From positions 117,128 to 137,127 of the IMG/VR virus record IMGVR_UViG_3300047548_000908: a stretch of 20,000 nt of DNA; one strand, given 5' to 3'. This stretch comes from an uncultured virus (IMG/VR IMGVR_UViG_3300047548_000908) (lineage: Duplodnaviria; Heunggongvirae; Uroviricota; Caudoviricetes). This document shows, piece after piece, positions 1 to 8,884 of this stretch (its first letter is position 1; every line of letters begins with the position of its first letter). Below the pieces are notes generated by a model, which was not told where the DNA came from, made no database searches, and worked only from the letters and a program-made list of their open reading frames with translations. The translations under genes were made by a program, and so were the position numbers.

Positions 1-345
1 TATCATCTTCAGTTTTTTGTTGATCTTCGCAGTCTTAGCGGTGATAGCATGTCCTAGCATTGTCCCTGCGGCACTAAAAATCTCACTTGCAAATCTGCTA
101 TCTACTTGCATACCTAAATCAGATAAATCTTTGTATCCTTCTACTGCTAACTGAGCCAGTTCGTCTAGTTCAATGTCACTAGTTTCTAATCCACGTACTT
201 GTGGGAGTGCGTTTTCTATCTTTTCTAGGTTAGAATAAGACTCTTGTGTAATGTTTTGAATTTCATCCTTCGTTAACGGTTTAGGAAACGGATCTGCATT
301 TTCAGATTCCTCTAATTCAAACAAGTCGATAAGCTTTTTGTTCAT
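1..345 (-). CDS. Probable terminase small subunit (3' end truncated by window)
   Basis: Hand-translated, absent from the ORF track: ATG at 343-345, MNKKLIDLFELEESENADPFPKPL...IENALPQVRGLETSDIELDELAQLAVEGYKDLSDLGMQVDSRFASEIFSAAGTMLGHAITAKTAKINKKLKMI, open to base 1. Helical, preceded by exact TATAAATA and next to the gp4-like gene. TerS function is inferred. Confidence 0.55.
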   Translation of the reverse strand, partial: MNKKLIDLFELEESENADPFPKPLTKDEIQNITQESYSNLEKIENALPQVRGLETSDIELDELAQLAVEGYKDLSDLGMQVDSRFASEIFSAAGTMLGHAITAKTAKINKKLKMI

Positions 346-366
346 GTAAATACCCAATATGTATGA

Positions 367-374
367 TATTTATA
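367..374 (-). promoter_or_regulatory. T4-type late promoter TATAAATA
   Basis: Exact T4 gp55 consensus on the minus strand, 21 nt upstream of the ATG at 345. Confidence 0.8.
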
Positions 375-393
375 CCGAATATATTGACTTATT

Positions 394-831
394 TTACTTT
401 CTAGACCCCTGATGAAATAGGTTCTCTTCAGTTAAAACTCTAAACGTCATTCCCATTCTCTTGCAGTATGCTGTGGCACTAGCCCACTTGGCTTGATTTA
501 TTGCCACAATCATTCTGTCTTTCATTGAAGCCTTTTTACTCTCGATCAAACTTTGTTTTTTAGGTTTGATTTCTACTACTTCAGCTATTTGCTGCCCAAA
601 CTTATTTTGATATAGGACAAAGAAATCCGGAATGTACATCGTTGTTTTTCCCGTCATCGGGTGCTTGTAAGGTATTGATATAGATTCACTTGCCCACTTT
701 AAAATGTTGTCGTTATTGTCAAGAAACATCATAAAGGACATTTCCCAACCTGACCGAAATCTAGGTTTATGATTACCTAAATACTTTTCTGGATGTTTTG
801 GAGTATAGATTCCCTGTGCAAAGTTTGCCAT
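394..831 (-). CDS. gp4: Head completion protein, T4 gp4-like (TnsA-like PD-(D/E)XK fold)
   Basis: Motifs G.Y.PKHPEKY.G, RSGWE..FM..LD, W.SE.I.IPY, YIPDF, VEIKP, N.AKW..A..YC. Confidence 0.88.
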   Translation of the reverse strand: MANFAQGIYTPKHPEKYLGNHKPRFRSGWEMSFMMFLDNNDNILKWASESISIPYKHPMTGKTTMYIPDFFVLYQNKFGQQIAEVVEIKPKKQSLIESKKASMKDRMIVAINQAKWASATAYCKRMGMTFRVLTEENLFHQGSRK

Positions 832-1196
832 TATACCACCACATTACGTTGTACTGTTTGATTAGGCTTAGGTTGAGAACTTAATCCATATAGAGTAGTT
901 TTAGATTTAAAGCTATTCAAGTAATAAGCTATAAACGTATTAATTTCTAACTTAGTTTTACCTTTAATTTCATCTAGTAGAGTTAACACAGGAATCTGAG
1001 TTAAGTTTGATATTCTAAAAAGAAAGACTGTAAATGTTTTAGCTGCGGTTAGGTTAGTTGAAACGCTTTTGAAGTAAGAAAACACAATGTCAAACTCAGA
1101 GGCATTTACAATAACATCAAATTGAAAGAATTGATCAACAATCCTAGTTGAAACTGAAGAATTGTTGAACGTGTCGATTATACTTTTTTCTGCCAT
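831..1196 (-). CDS. Hypothetical protein, likely virion/baseplate-associated
   Basis: 121 aa ORF with AGGA SD, stop overlapping the gp4 start (TAATG), inside a late operon. Confidence 0.7.
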   Translation of the reverse strand: MAEKSIIDTFNNSSVSTRIVDQFFQFDVIVNASEFDIVFSYFKSVSTNLTAAKTFTVFLFRISNLTQIPVLTLLDEIKGKTKLEINTFIAYYLNSFKSKTTLYGLSSQPKPNQTVQRNVVV

Positions 1197-1205
1197 ATAG
1201 AATCC

Positions 1206-2375
1206 TTAGTCTACCCTAGGCGGGGATTTTATTATGCGTGTCGCGCCTTCTACTGCGCTACCAATTGCACTATCCACTGTCCTAGTAATTGCAGTAGTAT
1301 TTAATGTCGGGAAGCTGAATGGTGTGTTTCTATTTGGAGTGCCTTTTATTGCATCATTAACTCCCGCTAGTACTTCAGACTGAGCAATCTTTAGTATATT
1401 TTGTGGGTTTTTAAATGTTTGAGCGGCTGCTCCTGTTTTTTGAATCGCAGCAAGAAAGTTTCCATCTTTTATGTCGCCCATAATTCCACCTGCTGCCGCA
1501 ACCAATCCACCTTGTCCAAGTATGTTTGATTGTGAACCGGGTCTTGCGATCGGACTTAGTGTTCTGTCGTAAGTCGATGAATTACCAAATGTCTTTATGA
1601 TTGCATCTGGGCTCTTACCGTCGATTGCACCCTCATAGTATTTTACAGTTTCATATTGCAATGTCATTTGGTTTTCCATTGTGCCATTGCCTTGTGAGTA
1701 GTCATAAGTATCATGACTGAAACTTTCAATAAGAGGATTGATTAAACTGTACATAACAAAGTTATGTTGATTAAATCCGTATACATCTACCGATCTAAAG
1801 AAAGGTGGTTTAGCATTACCTTCTCTTCCACCCGATACGTTCGCAGGGGCTTCACCAGTATAACCCCAATCGAGTTCTTTTTCTATTCCAGTAGTATACG
1901 GAGTTCTTTTATTGTAATCAATTGCAAATCCTGAGCTTGCCCCGGTTTGCTTTGTATGATCAATCGCATCTCTTTGAGATGGATCTTTATAGTAATAGGA
2001 ATAATATGAATACCACAAGTGACGAATTAAGTTTGCATTGTCGTCATGAAATGTGATGTTTACTGGATCATATTTTATTTTAGTCTGAACCAATCTTTTT
2101 CTATTGTACTGGTTCATTTCTGCAATGTTAAAACTAAACTTAGGTAGTTGAACTGTCTTAACTGCTAATCCAAAGTTTGAATTATCTTTGAATACTTTAC
2201 TAACAACATCAGAATTAAGCTTGAATTCTACATGAAATAAGAACTTAAACTTTGGACTGTATGCGTACCCATTGGGCCTAAACGTCTTTGATGCATGGGT
2301 AAAATCACGAAGGTATTCGCTGCCAAAGAATCCTTTGGCAGCGTCCCTAAAGAAGGTTTGAAAAAATCCAGCCAT
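1206..2375 (-). CDS. Tail-tube-fold protein (gp19/gp54/gp48-like tube initiator or baseplate-tube junction)
   Basis: PKFKFLFHV.F, VKTVQLPKFSF, YN.K......I.YDPVNITFHDD, L.NPLI.SF....DYS....MTLQYE parallel the adjacent tube gene, with insertions and a C-terminal extension. Confidence 0.75.
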   Translation of the reverse strand: MAGFFQTFFRDAAKGFFGSEYLRDFTHASKTFRPNGYAYSPKFKFLFHVEFKLNSDVVSKVFKDNSNFGLAVKTVQLPKFSFNIAEMNQYNRKRLVQTKIKYDPVNITFHDDNANLIRHLWYSYYSYYYKDPSQRDAIDHTKQTGASSGFAIDYNKRTPYTTGIEKELDWGYTGEAPANVSGGREGNAKPPFFRSVDVYGFNQHNFVMYSLINPLIESFSHDTYDYSQGNGTMENQMTLQYETVKYYEGAIDGKSPDAIIKTFGNSSTYDRTLSPIARPGSQSNILGQGGLVAAAGGIMGDIKDGNFLAAIQKTGAAAQTFKNPQNILKIAQSEVLAGVNDAIKGTPNRNTPFSFPTLNTTAITRTVDSAIGSAVEGATRIIKSPPRVD

Positions 2376-2399
2376 TTACTAGATTTCTTATACCTTTGA

Positions 2400-3026
2400 T
2401 TAACCAATACCTGTTGCTGAACCGCCACCGAACGCACGACCAACGTTTTGACCAATACCAGAAGTAAGTGGTGCCTGAATTGCGTTGTCGAAACGAACTG
2501 ATAGCTGAATTGAAGCAACTTCGCTTGTCTTGTAATCTAAGTTGTTGTAGTTAACAGACTTAACAAAGCAACCATACAATTCCCAAGTTTCTAGAATGTT
2601 TGGTAGAAGTGTACCGTTACCACCATCTAGAATTTCGTAATTGATTTGGAACTTGTAGTCTTGACCAGTTGCAGCAGAAGCCTGCTCAACAAAGTCTAAC
2701 TGCTTCTGTAACTGTTGACCAACTAGCTTACTGACATTACCAGCAGCGTCATCACGAAGATTGATTGTGATTTCTTGCCAAGAATGCTTACCTGCTAGAT
2801 AGACTTTACTGTTGTAAATATCCATCGTGATTTCATCGAACTGAACTTGAGGACGAGTAATGTCCATAACTTGTTTAGTCAATTCAACCGTTGAGCCACC
2901 AGTACCAAAATTCAAAAATAGAACTCGGAAGCGATATTGTAATTTTGGCATCAACATACCTTGGGAGCTTGGTGTGTTATCTGCTCCTACGGTCATGTTG
3001 TATAACGATTGTGAGGCTGTTGCCAT
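2400..3026 (-). CDS. gp19: Tail tube protein, T4 gp19-like
   Basis: PKLQYRFRV, RP.V.F.EI, YLAGK.SW..ITINLRDD, WELYGCF...VNY..LDY. Immediately downstream of the sheath; AGGAG SD. Confidence 0.92.
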   Translation of the reverse strand: MATASQSLYNMTVGADNTPSSQGMLMPKLQYRFRVLFLNFGTGGSTVELTKQVMDITRPQVQFDEITMDIYNSKVYLAGKHSWQEITINLRDDAAGNVSKLVGQQLQKQLDFVEQASAATGQDYKFQINYEILDGGNGTLLPNILETWELYGCFVKSVNYNNLDYKTSEVASIQLSVRFDNAIQAPLTSGIGQNVGRAFGGGSATGIG

Positions 3027-3045
3027 TTTTTATCTCCTATATTTT

Positions 3046-3053
3046 TATTTATC
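3046..3053 (-). promoter_or_regulatory. Late promoter GATAAATA for the tube operon
   Basis: NATAAATA box just upstream of the AGGAG SD of gp19. Confidence 0.72.
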
Positions 3054-3062
3054 TCTTTAAGA

Positions 3063-3082
3063 GGCCCCCATTTAAGGGGGCC
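3063..3082 (-). terminator. GC-rich hairpin after the sheath stop (terminator or 3' stabiliser)
   Basis: GGCCCCC-ATTTAA-GGGGGCC, 7-bp stem; weak U tract. Confidence 0.55.
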
Positions 3083-3088
3083 ACTTAA

Positions 3089-6000
3089 TTAACCGCCAAT
3101 TTCACCTGTGTTCAAGATGCGAACTGGGATGTAGATAAATTCAGCAGCCTTAACTGGCTCAATTGCTACATCAACCCACAACTCGTTTCTATCGATACGA
3201 GCAGGGGTGTTATTGCTCTCATCACAAACTACTAAGTAGTCGTAAACACCACGCTTTGCAACTAGATCAACTAACAACGACTGAACAACGCCAGTCATCT
3301 CTTGACGAGTGATTGCATCATTTGGTTCGAACACGAATGGTCTAGCAAGAACTTGTAGACGTTCACGCAAGTAGCAAACTAAACGAGCAACGTTAGTTCT
3401 ATCCATTGCAGATTGTGTGTCTTTAGAGTTCTTGTTACCCCAGTTCAACAAGCCTACGTTCGTGAAGTAAGCAAGTGGGTTCAACTGGTTGGTATAGAGA
3501 ACGTCACGAATTCCCATGCGGTTCTTGATAGACACGAACTCACCGGTAGTCTTTTCGATATAACCAATGTTAGTGGCGTTATCAATTGTACCACGACGAG
3601 TACCTGCTGCTGCGAACCAAGGATAAGCAACCTGATCGTTACGCAAGAATGTACGCAACATCATGTGTGATGCAGGAACAACTACGCTTGCACCAGTCAA
3701 ATCAGTTGCAATTCCGCTTGGATAGAATATACCCATGTATTCATCTCTAGTAACAAGACCATCTTCACCTGTTGATGCAGCGCCTGCTTCGTTTCTTGCC
3801 CAAGCTTGAATTTCAGAAGCTTGATCACTCAAACGTAATGGTGTGTCACCAACGATGTAAGCAGTGTTATTACGATCATTGTTAAGAGCAACCATGTCTG
3901 GTTGTAGCTCAGGATAACCAGGAGAAGCCATTAGATTGAAGAAAGTATCTTCCTCACGAATTCCCATGTTAGTTGTTATTGCTGCTTTAAGTGCCTGAAC
4001 AACCATGTTACGCTGTGCCTTACGACCCATGTATGGAGAACCATCATTTTTTGTTCCGCTAGCAGAAACCCATGCGTTCTTAACTGCTGGTAAAGATCCT
4101 TCGAAGTCTAAACCATTGAAATAGTTAGTCTTGAAAGTCTTGACATTGTAGCCTGAACGACGAGTGTTGAACAATAACATTCCTTGTGGATATGAGTTTG
4201 CATCAGGTGCATCTAAATCTAGGTAGTTACTTGTCAACAAGTTGCTGATTGCTGGAATTGGATCATCGATTGGATCAGTTGTTCCGTTAGGTGCCCAACG
4301 TGCGTCAGCAAAAACGATACCAGTTGAACTAGTTTGATCGGTCTTGTCGATTAAAACCCACTGATCAACGGTGTCAACTGACTGCCAACGATAGATCATT
4401 GGATAGTTTTCTAGATCGCTAGAGTCTAACCACAAGTCACCATATGCCAATTGAGTAACACCGTCTGACTGAGTAGAAGGCTCACTTGCGCTTACAATAA
4501 CCCCATTTGGATCAGTTGAATTAACACCAGTGGCAGCTGGATGACCTGAACTGTCAAATGCCACGTTACCGTAACCTTTCCAAACGTTGTTAACGTTAAC
4601 TAGAATGTCAACTTCATCAACCACGCTATAGTACCATGGAGTACCTGTTGCTGGATCTGCCATCGGGGCACCTTCGTTAGCAGTATAAGAAACTGCAATC
4701 CAGTTTGAAAGAGCAGTTGAATATGTTACTGCTGGTGTACCGCTTACGATACCTACTGACTCGACTGCACCTGCATTTACAGAAATTACAACAAGTGTTA
4801 AGTCATTTGTAGTATCAACACCGCCTAAGTTTGAGCCTAGGATTGTTAGAGTGTCACCCACAGAGTAACCTGATCCACCGGACGTAATTCCGTTGACAAC
4901 ATAGTGAGTTCCTAAGTTGCTTACATTGAATATTGCATCGCCTGTTTCTTCTACAGGAGCAGTTGTATTTTGATAAGTGATAATAGAACCGTTCTTAGCA
5001 CCAGTAACAGTACCTGCGGTGAATCCAGCAGAAGCAATGATACCATCAACTGGATCAGAAATGCCATCAACTGTATCATCAAGTTCAATTACACCACCTG
5101 CAGTGTGAACAATTTGTATTGCACCTGAGGTTGTATTATTGGTGATTGAGGTGTAAGGAATATTTCTTGCTTTCCATGAATTTACGAAAGCGTCAGAGTC
5201 ATTACCAGCAACTTGGAATGCGTAAACATCGCTCATTGCGGAAGATCCTGGAACAGAAACACGAACCTTCAAAACAGATCCGCTAATGAATGTTGGATCA
5301 ACAACACTTCCGGTTACTACTGTTTCACCAGAGACTGCTCTTTCCCAGAAATAAAGAGGCGAAGTGTTAACTGAACCTCCCCACTGATACTGTGCAAAGA
5401 CAGTACCAACTGGAATTGCTGCGCCACCAGTTGAGTCTAAGGTTGCGTTTGCTGCTGCATCGCTAACAAACTGATTTACGGTTTGAACTACGAATGATGC
5501 GGCTGCACTGTTATACTTTGTTAAGATTGGTGTTAATCCATCTCTAGCAGAACCAACTTTAATCCAAACAGAACCAGTTGGTCTTGGCTTCAACTGACTT
5601 GCAGTCCATAGTGGCATCTGTGAAGAAGTGCCATATGTAACTTCTGGTTGATAGAATGTACCCTCATCAATTCCCAAACTAGCTAAAGAGCCAGCAACGA
5701 CATCAGTTAGTGTCAAGTAAGCATCCTTAGCAGGATGTGAAGAGTAAATTACAAGCTTACCGTTAACTGCTTCTGCATAAACGTTTGTAATACCAAATGC
5801 ATTGATTGCATCGACTACGCCTGAGATCGAAGTGCTACCAAATACGATATCAAGTGTGTATTCTCCGTTTACGTTGATTGTGAACTCATGTGATGGGTTC
5901 AATGAATTGTTTGGATCGATACTTCCTGCAACAGTTGCTAGACTTCTCTTCCACTGTGTGCTTCCAACAGGAACCCAAACGTTACTCTTGTTCTTATAGA

Positions 6001-6607
6001 AATACTCAGAAACAGCAGCAGGTGTTTCTGCTGGTTCAATTGCTACTACTGCGTAGTCGCCAATGTTTCCTAACGTAGAAACTGGTGCACCATTGTTGAT
6101 TTGTGCGGCATCAGTAATTACAAATGGAACTTTGTTAGTAAATTTGCCATTAGTTGCATTAAATTCAAAGATGCCCCATAACGAGTTAGTTGTATCTAAC
6201 CAATAAGTACCGTTTGCAGGTGCGCCTGATGGGCGTGAAACCTGTCCCACTAAAGTAGCCAAATCCACATCAGCTCTTAAAACATATGCAGTATTGGTAA
6301 CACCCAACAATGAATAAGCAGCCAATAGACCATACTCATTCAACTCATAACCTTGGATAGGTGTTCCGTTGCTAGTTTTATAGAAGAATGGATTACCGAA
6401 TAGATTAACCAAATCACGTTGGCTAGTAACTTGATATAGCTTGTTAGCATTTCCTTTTGTTGTTGCGATTGCTACTCCTGTTCCAGCAGCATTAGCCTTG
6501 TTTTGAGCAGTAGCTAATACTATCAACGGAACGGAGGCTGCGGCTGTAGTAACGTATTGACTTTGATCAATTACTGTTACCTCTACGCCTGGTGACACTA
6601 GTGCCAT
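3089..6607 (-). CDS. gp18: Tail sheath protein, T4 gp18-like, with large insertions (~1172 aa)
   Basis: N-terminal MALVSPGVEVTVID; C-terminal WFAAAGTRRG, LY..QLNP, WGNK, DR.NVARL, FVFEPND, CDESNNTP..ID.NEL.VDVAIEPVK.AEFIYI. The ATG at 6605-6607 has an AGGAG SD, so it is preferred over the track start at 6643. Confidence 0.96.
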   Translation of the reverse strand: MALVSPGVEVTVIDQSQYVTTAAASVPLIVLATAQNKANAAGTGVAIATTKGNANKLYQVTSQRDLVNLFGNPFFYKTSNGTPIQGYELNEYGLLAAYSLLGVTNTAYVLRADVDLATLVGQVSRPSGAPANGTYWLDTTNSLWGIFEFNATNGKFTNKVPFVITDAAQINNGAPVSTLGNIGDYAVVAIEPAETPAAVSEYFYKNKSNVWVPVGSTQWKRSLATVAGSIDPNNSLNPSHEFTINVNGEYTLDIVFGSTSISGVVDAINAFGITNVYAEAVNGKLVIYSSHPAKDAYLTLTDVVAGSLASLGIDEGTFYQPEVTYGTSSQMPLWTASQLKPRPTGSVWIKVGSARDGLTPILTKYNSAAASFVVQTVNQFVSDAAANATLDSTGGAAIPVGTVFAQYQWGGSVNTSPLYFWERAVSGETVVTGSVVDPTFISGSVLKVRVSVPGSSAMSDVYAFQVAGNDSDAFVNSWKARNIPYTSITNNTTSGAIQIVHTAGGVIELDDTVDGISDPVDGIIASAGFTAGTVTGAKNGSIITYQNTTAPVEETGDAIFNVSNLGTHYVVNGITSGGSGYSVGDTLTILGSNLGGVDTTNDLTLVVISVNAGAVESVGIVSGTPAVTYSTALSNWIAVSYTANEGAPMADPATGTPWYYSVVDEVDILVNVNNVWKGYGNVAFDSSGHPAATGVNSTDPNGVIVSASEPSTQSDGVTQLAYGDLWLDSSDLENYPMIYRWQSVDTVDQWVLIDKTDQTSSTGIVFADARWAPNGTTDPIDDPIPAISNLLTSNYLDLDAPDANSYPQGMLLFNTRRSGYNVKTFKTNYFNGLDFEGSLPAVKNAWVSASGTKNDGSPYMGRKAQRNMVVQALKAAITTNMGIREEDTFFNLMASPGYPELQPDMVALNNDRNNTAYIVGDTPLRLSDQASEIQAWARNEAGAASTGEDGLVTRDEYMGIFYPSGIATDLTGASVVVPASHMMLRTFLRNDQVAYPWFAAAGTRRGTIDNATNIGYIEKTTGEFVSIKNRMGIRDVLYTNQLNPLAYFTNVGLLNWGNKNSKDTQSAMDRTNVARLVCYLRERLQVLARPFVFEPNDAITRQEMTGVVQSLLVDLVAKRGVYDYLVVCDESNNTPARIDRNELWVDVAIEPVKAAEFIYIPVRILNTGEIGG

Positions 6608-6708
6608 TTTTATATCTCCTAATAAGTTTGTTTCTCTAATCATAGAATCAGAGGAGTCCCCGATTCACGAATCTTGATAGCTATACCCTTTTATATCTAT
6701 CATATGGG

Positions 6709-6716
6709 TATTTATG
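6709..6716 (-). promoter_or_regulatory. Late promoter CATAAATA for the sheath
   Basis: NATAAATA box ~100 nt upstream of the sheath ATG. Confidence 0.62.
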
Positions 6717-6763
6717 ATATATTCGTAAAAATAGCCATTTTACCGCACCTTTAAAGGTTATTT

Positions 6764-6771
6764 GATAAATA
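6764..6771 (+). promoter_or_regulatory. Late promoter GATAAATA for the HNH-like gene
   Basis: Box ends 5 nt before the ATG at 6777. Confidence 0.68.
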
Positions 6772-6776
6772 TTTTT

Positions 6777-7124
6777 ATGATCAGACCTATATGCAAACTA
6801 TGTAATAGGAATCACAGGGCTGTAAATTACCACCGAAACGGCAAGACTTACTACCGAAGTTGTTGCGATTCATGCGGAAGAAAGAAATCCAAAAAGTCCC
6901 CATGGAAACCCACTTGGGAAAAAAGCGGATATAAGAAAAAAGCCACATGTGACTTATGTGGCTTTAGAAGTGTTTACTCCTCACAGATTACCGTGTTTCA
7001 TATTGACGGCAAATTAGAGAATACTGAGTTCTCTAATCTTCGGAGCGTATGTTTGAATTGTGTAGAAGTTATAAAAAGAAAAGACCTTAATTGGAAACGA
7101 GGCGATTTAGAAGTCGATTATTGA
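6777..7124 (+). CDS. Zn-finger / HNH-like endonuclease-fold protein
   Basis: CKLC, CDSC, CDLC, then VFHIDG...N....NL...CLNC (beta-beta-alpha-Me pattern). ATG 6777 preferred over TTG 6762. Confidence 0.75.
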   Translation: MIRPICKLCNRNHRAVNYHRNGKTYYRSCCDSCGRKKSKKSPWKPTWEKSGYKKKATCDLCGFRSVYSSQITVFHIDGKLENTEFSNLRSVCLNCVEVIKRKDLNWKRGDLEVDY

Positions 7125-7754
7125 TTCTATTTTGGACCGTAGTTCATCGATTGTTCCATTGTTGTCGATGATATGATCATAGTTTAGCCCTACACTAGAA
7201 TATTCACTAGGATGAATGTTCATCTTATTGAGTGCTTCTTTACTGATAGCCCAACCAATATTAGTAGGACCTTTATTTACTGCGATTGCATGTTCATACC
7301 ATTCAGGGTTAGGTCCTCTGGTCACTCTTAACGTAATTCCTCCTGCCCGTTTAACTGCATCAAGTTCGTTGACGAACCTAGAATCAGTGATTACGATGTT
7401 ATCTTTAGATGATAGTAACTTGTGTTCAACGCTTGCAATCCAAATGCTATCATGAAAATGATTACGACAAACATCAGTTCCCCAGTATTGAAGAATCCAT
7501 CTCGGTGTTAAATGAGGCATATCTAGTCTCGCTGCCCACCAAGGATCAACTTGTTCTCGCCATTCTCTACTAGATTTAGTTGTGCCTTCAAGCATCTCCC
7601 TATCCCAACCAAAAACAGCCGAGACCGCATCTTTTAATGAGGAGGCGAAACTAAGACGTTTAAACCCATGATAAGTTACAAGCAAGTCGGCAATGGTATC
7701 TTTTCCTGATCCAATAAGCCCACTGATACTGATTATCTTCTTTGACTCTTGCAT
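7107..7754 (-). CDS. Deoxynucleoside monophosphate kinase, T4 gp1-like
   Basis: P-loop GLIGSGKDT, SFA..LK, TPR.ILQ.WGTD, VITD.RF.NE, H.SE, IDNNGT. Confidence 0.92.
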   Translation of the reverse strand: MQESKKIISISGLIGSGKDTIADLLVTYHGFKRLSFASSLKDAVSAVFGWDREMLEGTTKSSREWREQVDPWWAARLDMPHLTPRWILQYWGTDVCRNHFHDSIWIASVEHKLLSSKDNIVITDSRFVNELDAVKRAGGITLRVTRGPNPEWYEHAIAVNKGPTNIGWAISKEALNKMNIHPSEYSSVGLNYDHIIDNNGTIDELRSKIESIIDF

Positions 7755-7773
7755 GTTCTACCTTAAAAATAGA

Positions 7774-7802
7774 AGCATAACAAAATTCTAAAGAAAATGC
7801 TA
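7774..7802 (-). promoter_or_regulatory. Possible sigma70 promoter for the dNMP kinase
   Basis: TAGCAT-N17-TATGCT with TG extension on the minus strand; degenerate. Confidence 0.35.
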
Positions 7803-7810
7803 TATATTTT

Positions 7811-8575
7811 TTATCCAATTACCCAAGTCAAAGGTTGTGAATGGTCAGTATAAAGTTGCAGATCCTTAAGTAACTTTTCTTGCATATCTTTTGCTTCAGC
7901 TTTTAATGCAGCCCCGTTCAACGAGCTACCGCCACTCGGTCCTGCAATTGTTGCAAATTTTTCTCTTGCTTCACCTATTGTATATTTGATTTGAGAGAAA
8001 ACCCAATCTCCTATCCAAATTCCAGAACCTGGATCTTGTAGAAGCTCAGATTCAGACCTTTCTAAGTCTCCCCAAATTAATATTTGCTCACCTTGACCTT
8101 TTGGATCACGAACCATTTTTAATTCTTTGGTAACTGGGTTAAAAGTAAAAATTACATACCCACCAAACATTCTAGCAGCCAACTCAATGTACTGAGCATA
8201 GAAGTCATATGTAGCCAAACCGCCAGCGTAGTTATAGTTCAACAGGTAAGTGTTAAGAATAGCACTACTGAATGGGTCGAATGAAGACGCGGCAGGCCCC
8301 GTTTCTAGTCCAACTGTACGTCTGAACACTTGTCTTACATTTATAAACTCTGAAGGGAGAATATATGAGTTTTGATGTTTGTTTATTGTCATCAAGGTGT
8401 ATGATTCGTTCGTGGCGTTTTGCGCTCTCTGACGATATACCTTTAAAGCATACTTATAAGCAGCCTCAAAATGCTCTGGATCTGCCTCGATGTCCACGAT
8501 CCCTGAGCCTAACCGGTATCGAATGTTTTCGAACAGTTCTTCTTTTAGTTGATCCAATGTCATTGCCGTAGCCAT
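7811..8575 (-). CDS. gp13: Neck protein, T4 gp13-like
   Basis: I.YRLG...VDIE near the N-terminus; K..IGEAR.KF..I.GP.GG.SLNG..L..EA..L.....P..W.IG C-terminus typical of gp13 homologues. Confidence 0.85.
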   Translation of the reverse strand: MATAMTLDQLKEELFENIRYRLGSGIVDIEADPEHFEAAYKYALKVYRQRAQNATNESYTLMTINKHQNSYILPSEFINVRQVFRRTVGLETGPAASSFDPFSSAILNTYLLNYNYAGGLATYDFYAQYIELAARMFGGYVIFTFNPVTKELKMVRDPKGQGEQILIWGDLERSESELLQDPGSGIWIGDWVFSQIKYTIGEAREKFATIAGPSGGSSLNGAALKAEAKDMQEKLLKDLQLYTDHSQPLTWVIG

Positions 8576-8580
8576 AAAAA

Positions 8581-8612
8581 ATCTCCAGATGACGTATTTA
8601 TCATCAGGAGAT
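8581..8612 (-). promoter_or_regulatory. Late promoter GATAAATA (8595-8602) inside an SD-sequestering hairpin
   Basis: Minus strand ATCTCC-T-GATGA-taaatacg-TCATC-T-GGAGAT; the 3' arm holds the GGAG SD of gp13. Confidence 0.78.
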
Positions 8613-8633
8613 CTATCAGACGTTAGCTAAGAC

Positions 8634-8840
8634 TTATTTCTTAGCGGATTCCTTCTCTGCTTTTCTTGCGTTTTTCTCAGCAGTAATTTCATTACGGCGT
8701 GCTTTAATTAGCTTTCCGATTTCAGCAAGTGCTTTCCTAGCTCTCGTGCCGGCAGCTGCATTGCCTTTACTAAATTTTTCGTCTTCTTTAACCCACGCCT
8801 CAACTGCGGCTTTGATTTGTTCCACTGTAGTGTTATCCAT
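8634..8840 (-). CDS. Histone H1-like protein, Hc1 family
   Basis: KF.KGN.AAGTRARKAL.EI.KL.K.RR.EI signature; small and basic; AAGGA SD. Confidence 0.82.
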   Translation of the reverse strand: MDNTTVEQIKAAVEAWVKEDEKFSKGNAAAGTRARKALAEIGKLIKARRNEITAEKNARKAEKESAKK

Positions 8841-8884
8841 TTTTTTATTTCCTTAAATAAGACTGAATGTTAATCAGTTAACAT

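Noticed and set aside
351..390. Third promoter-in-hairpin around TATAAATA at 367 (CAATAT/ATATTG)
   Set aside because: Only 6-7 AT-rich bp with a long loop and no clear SD; too weak to call.
394..831. TnsA-like fold as evidence of a Tn7 transposon
   Set aside because: Matches T4 gp4 in a structural operon; no TnsB/C or terminal repeats.
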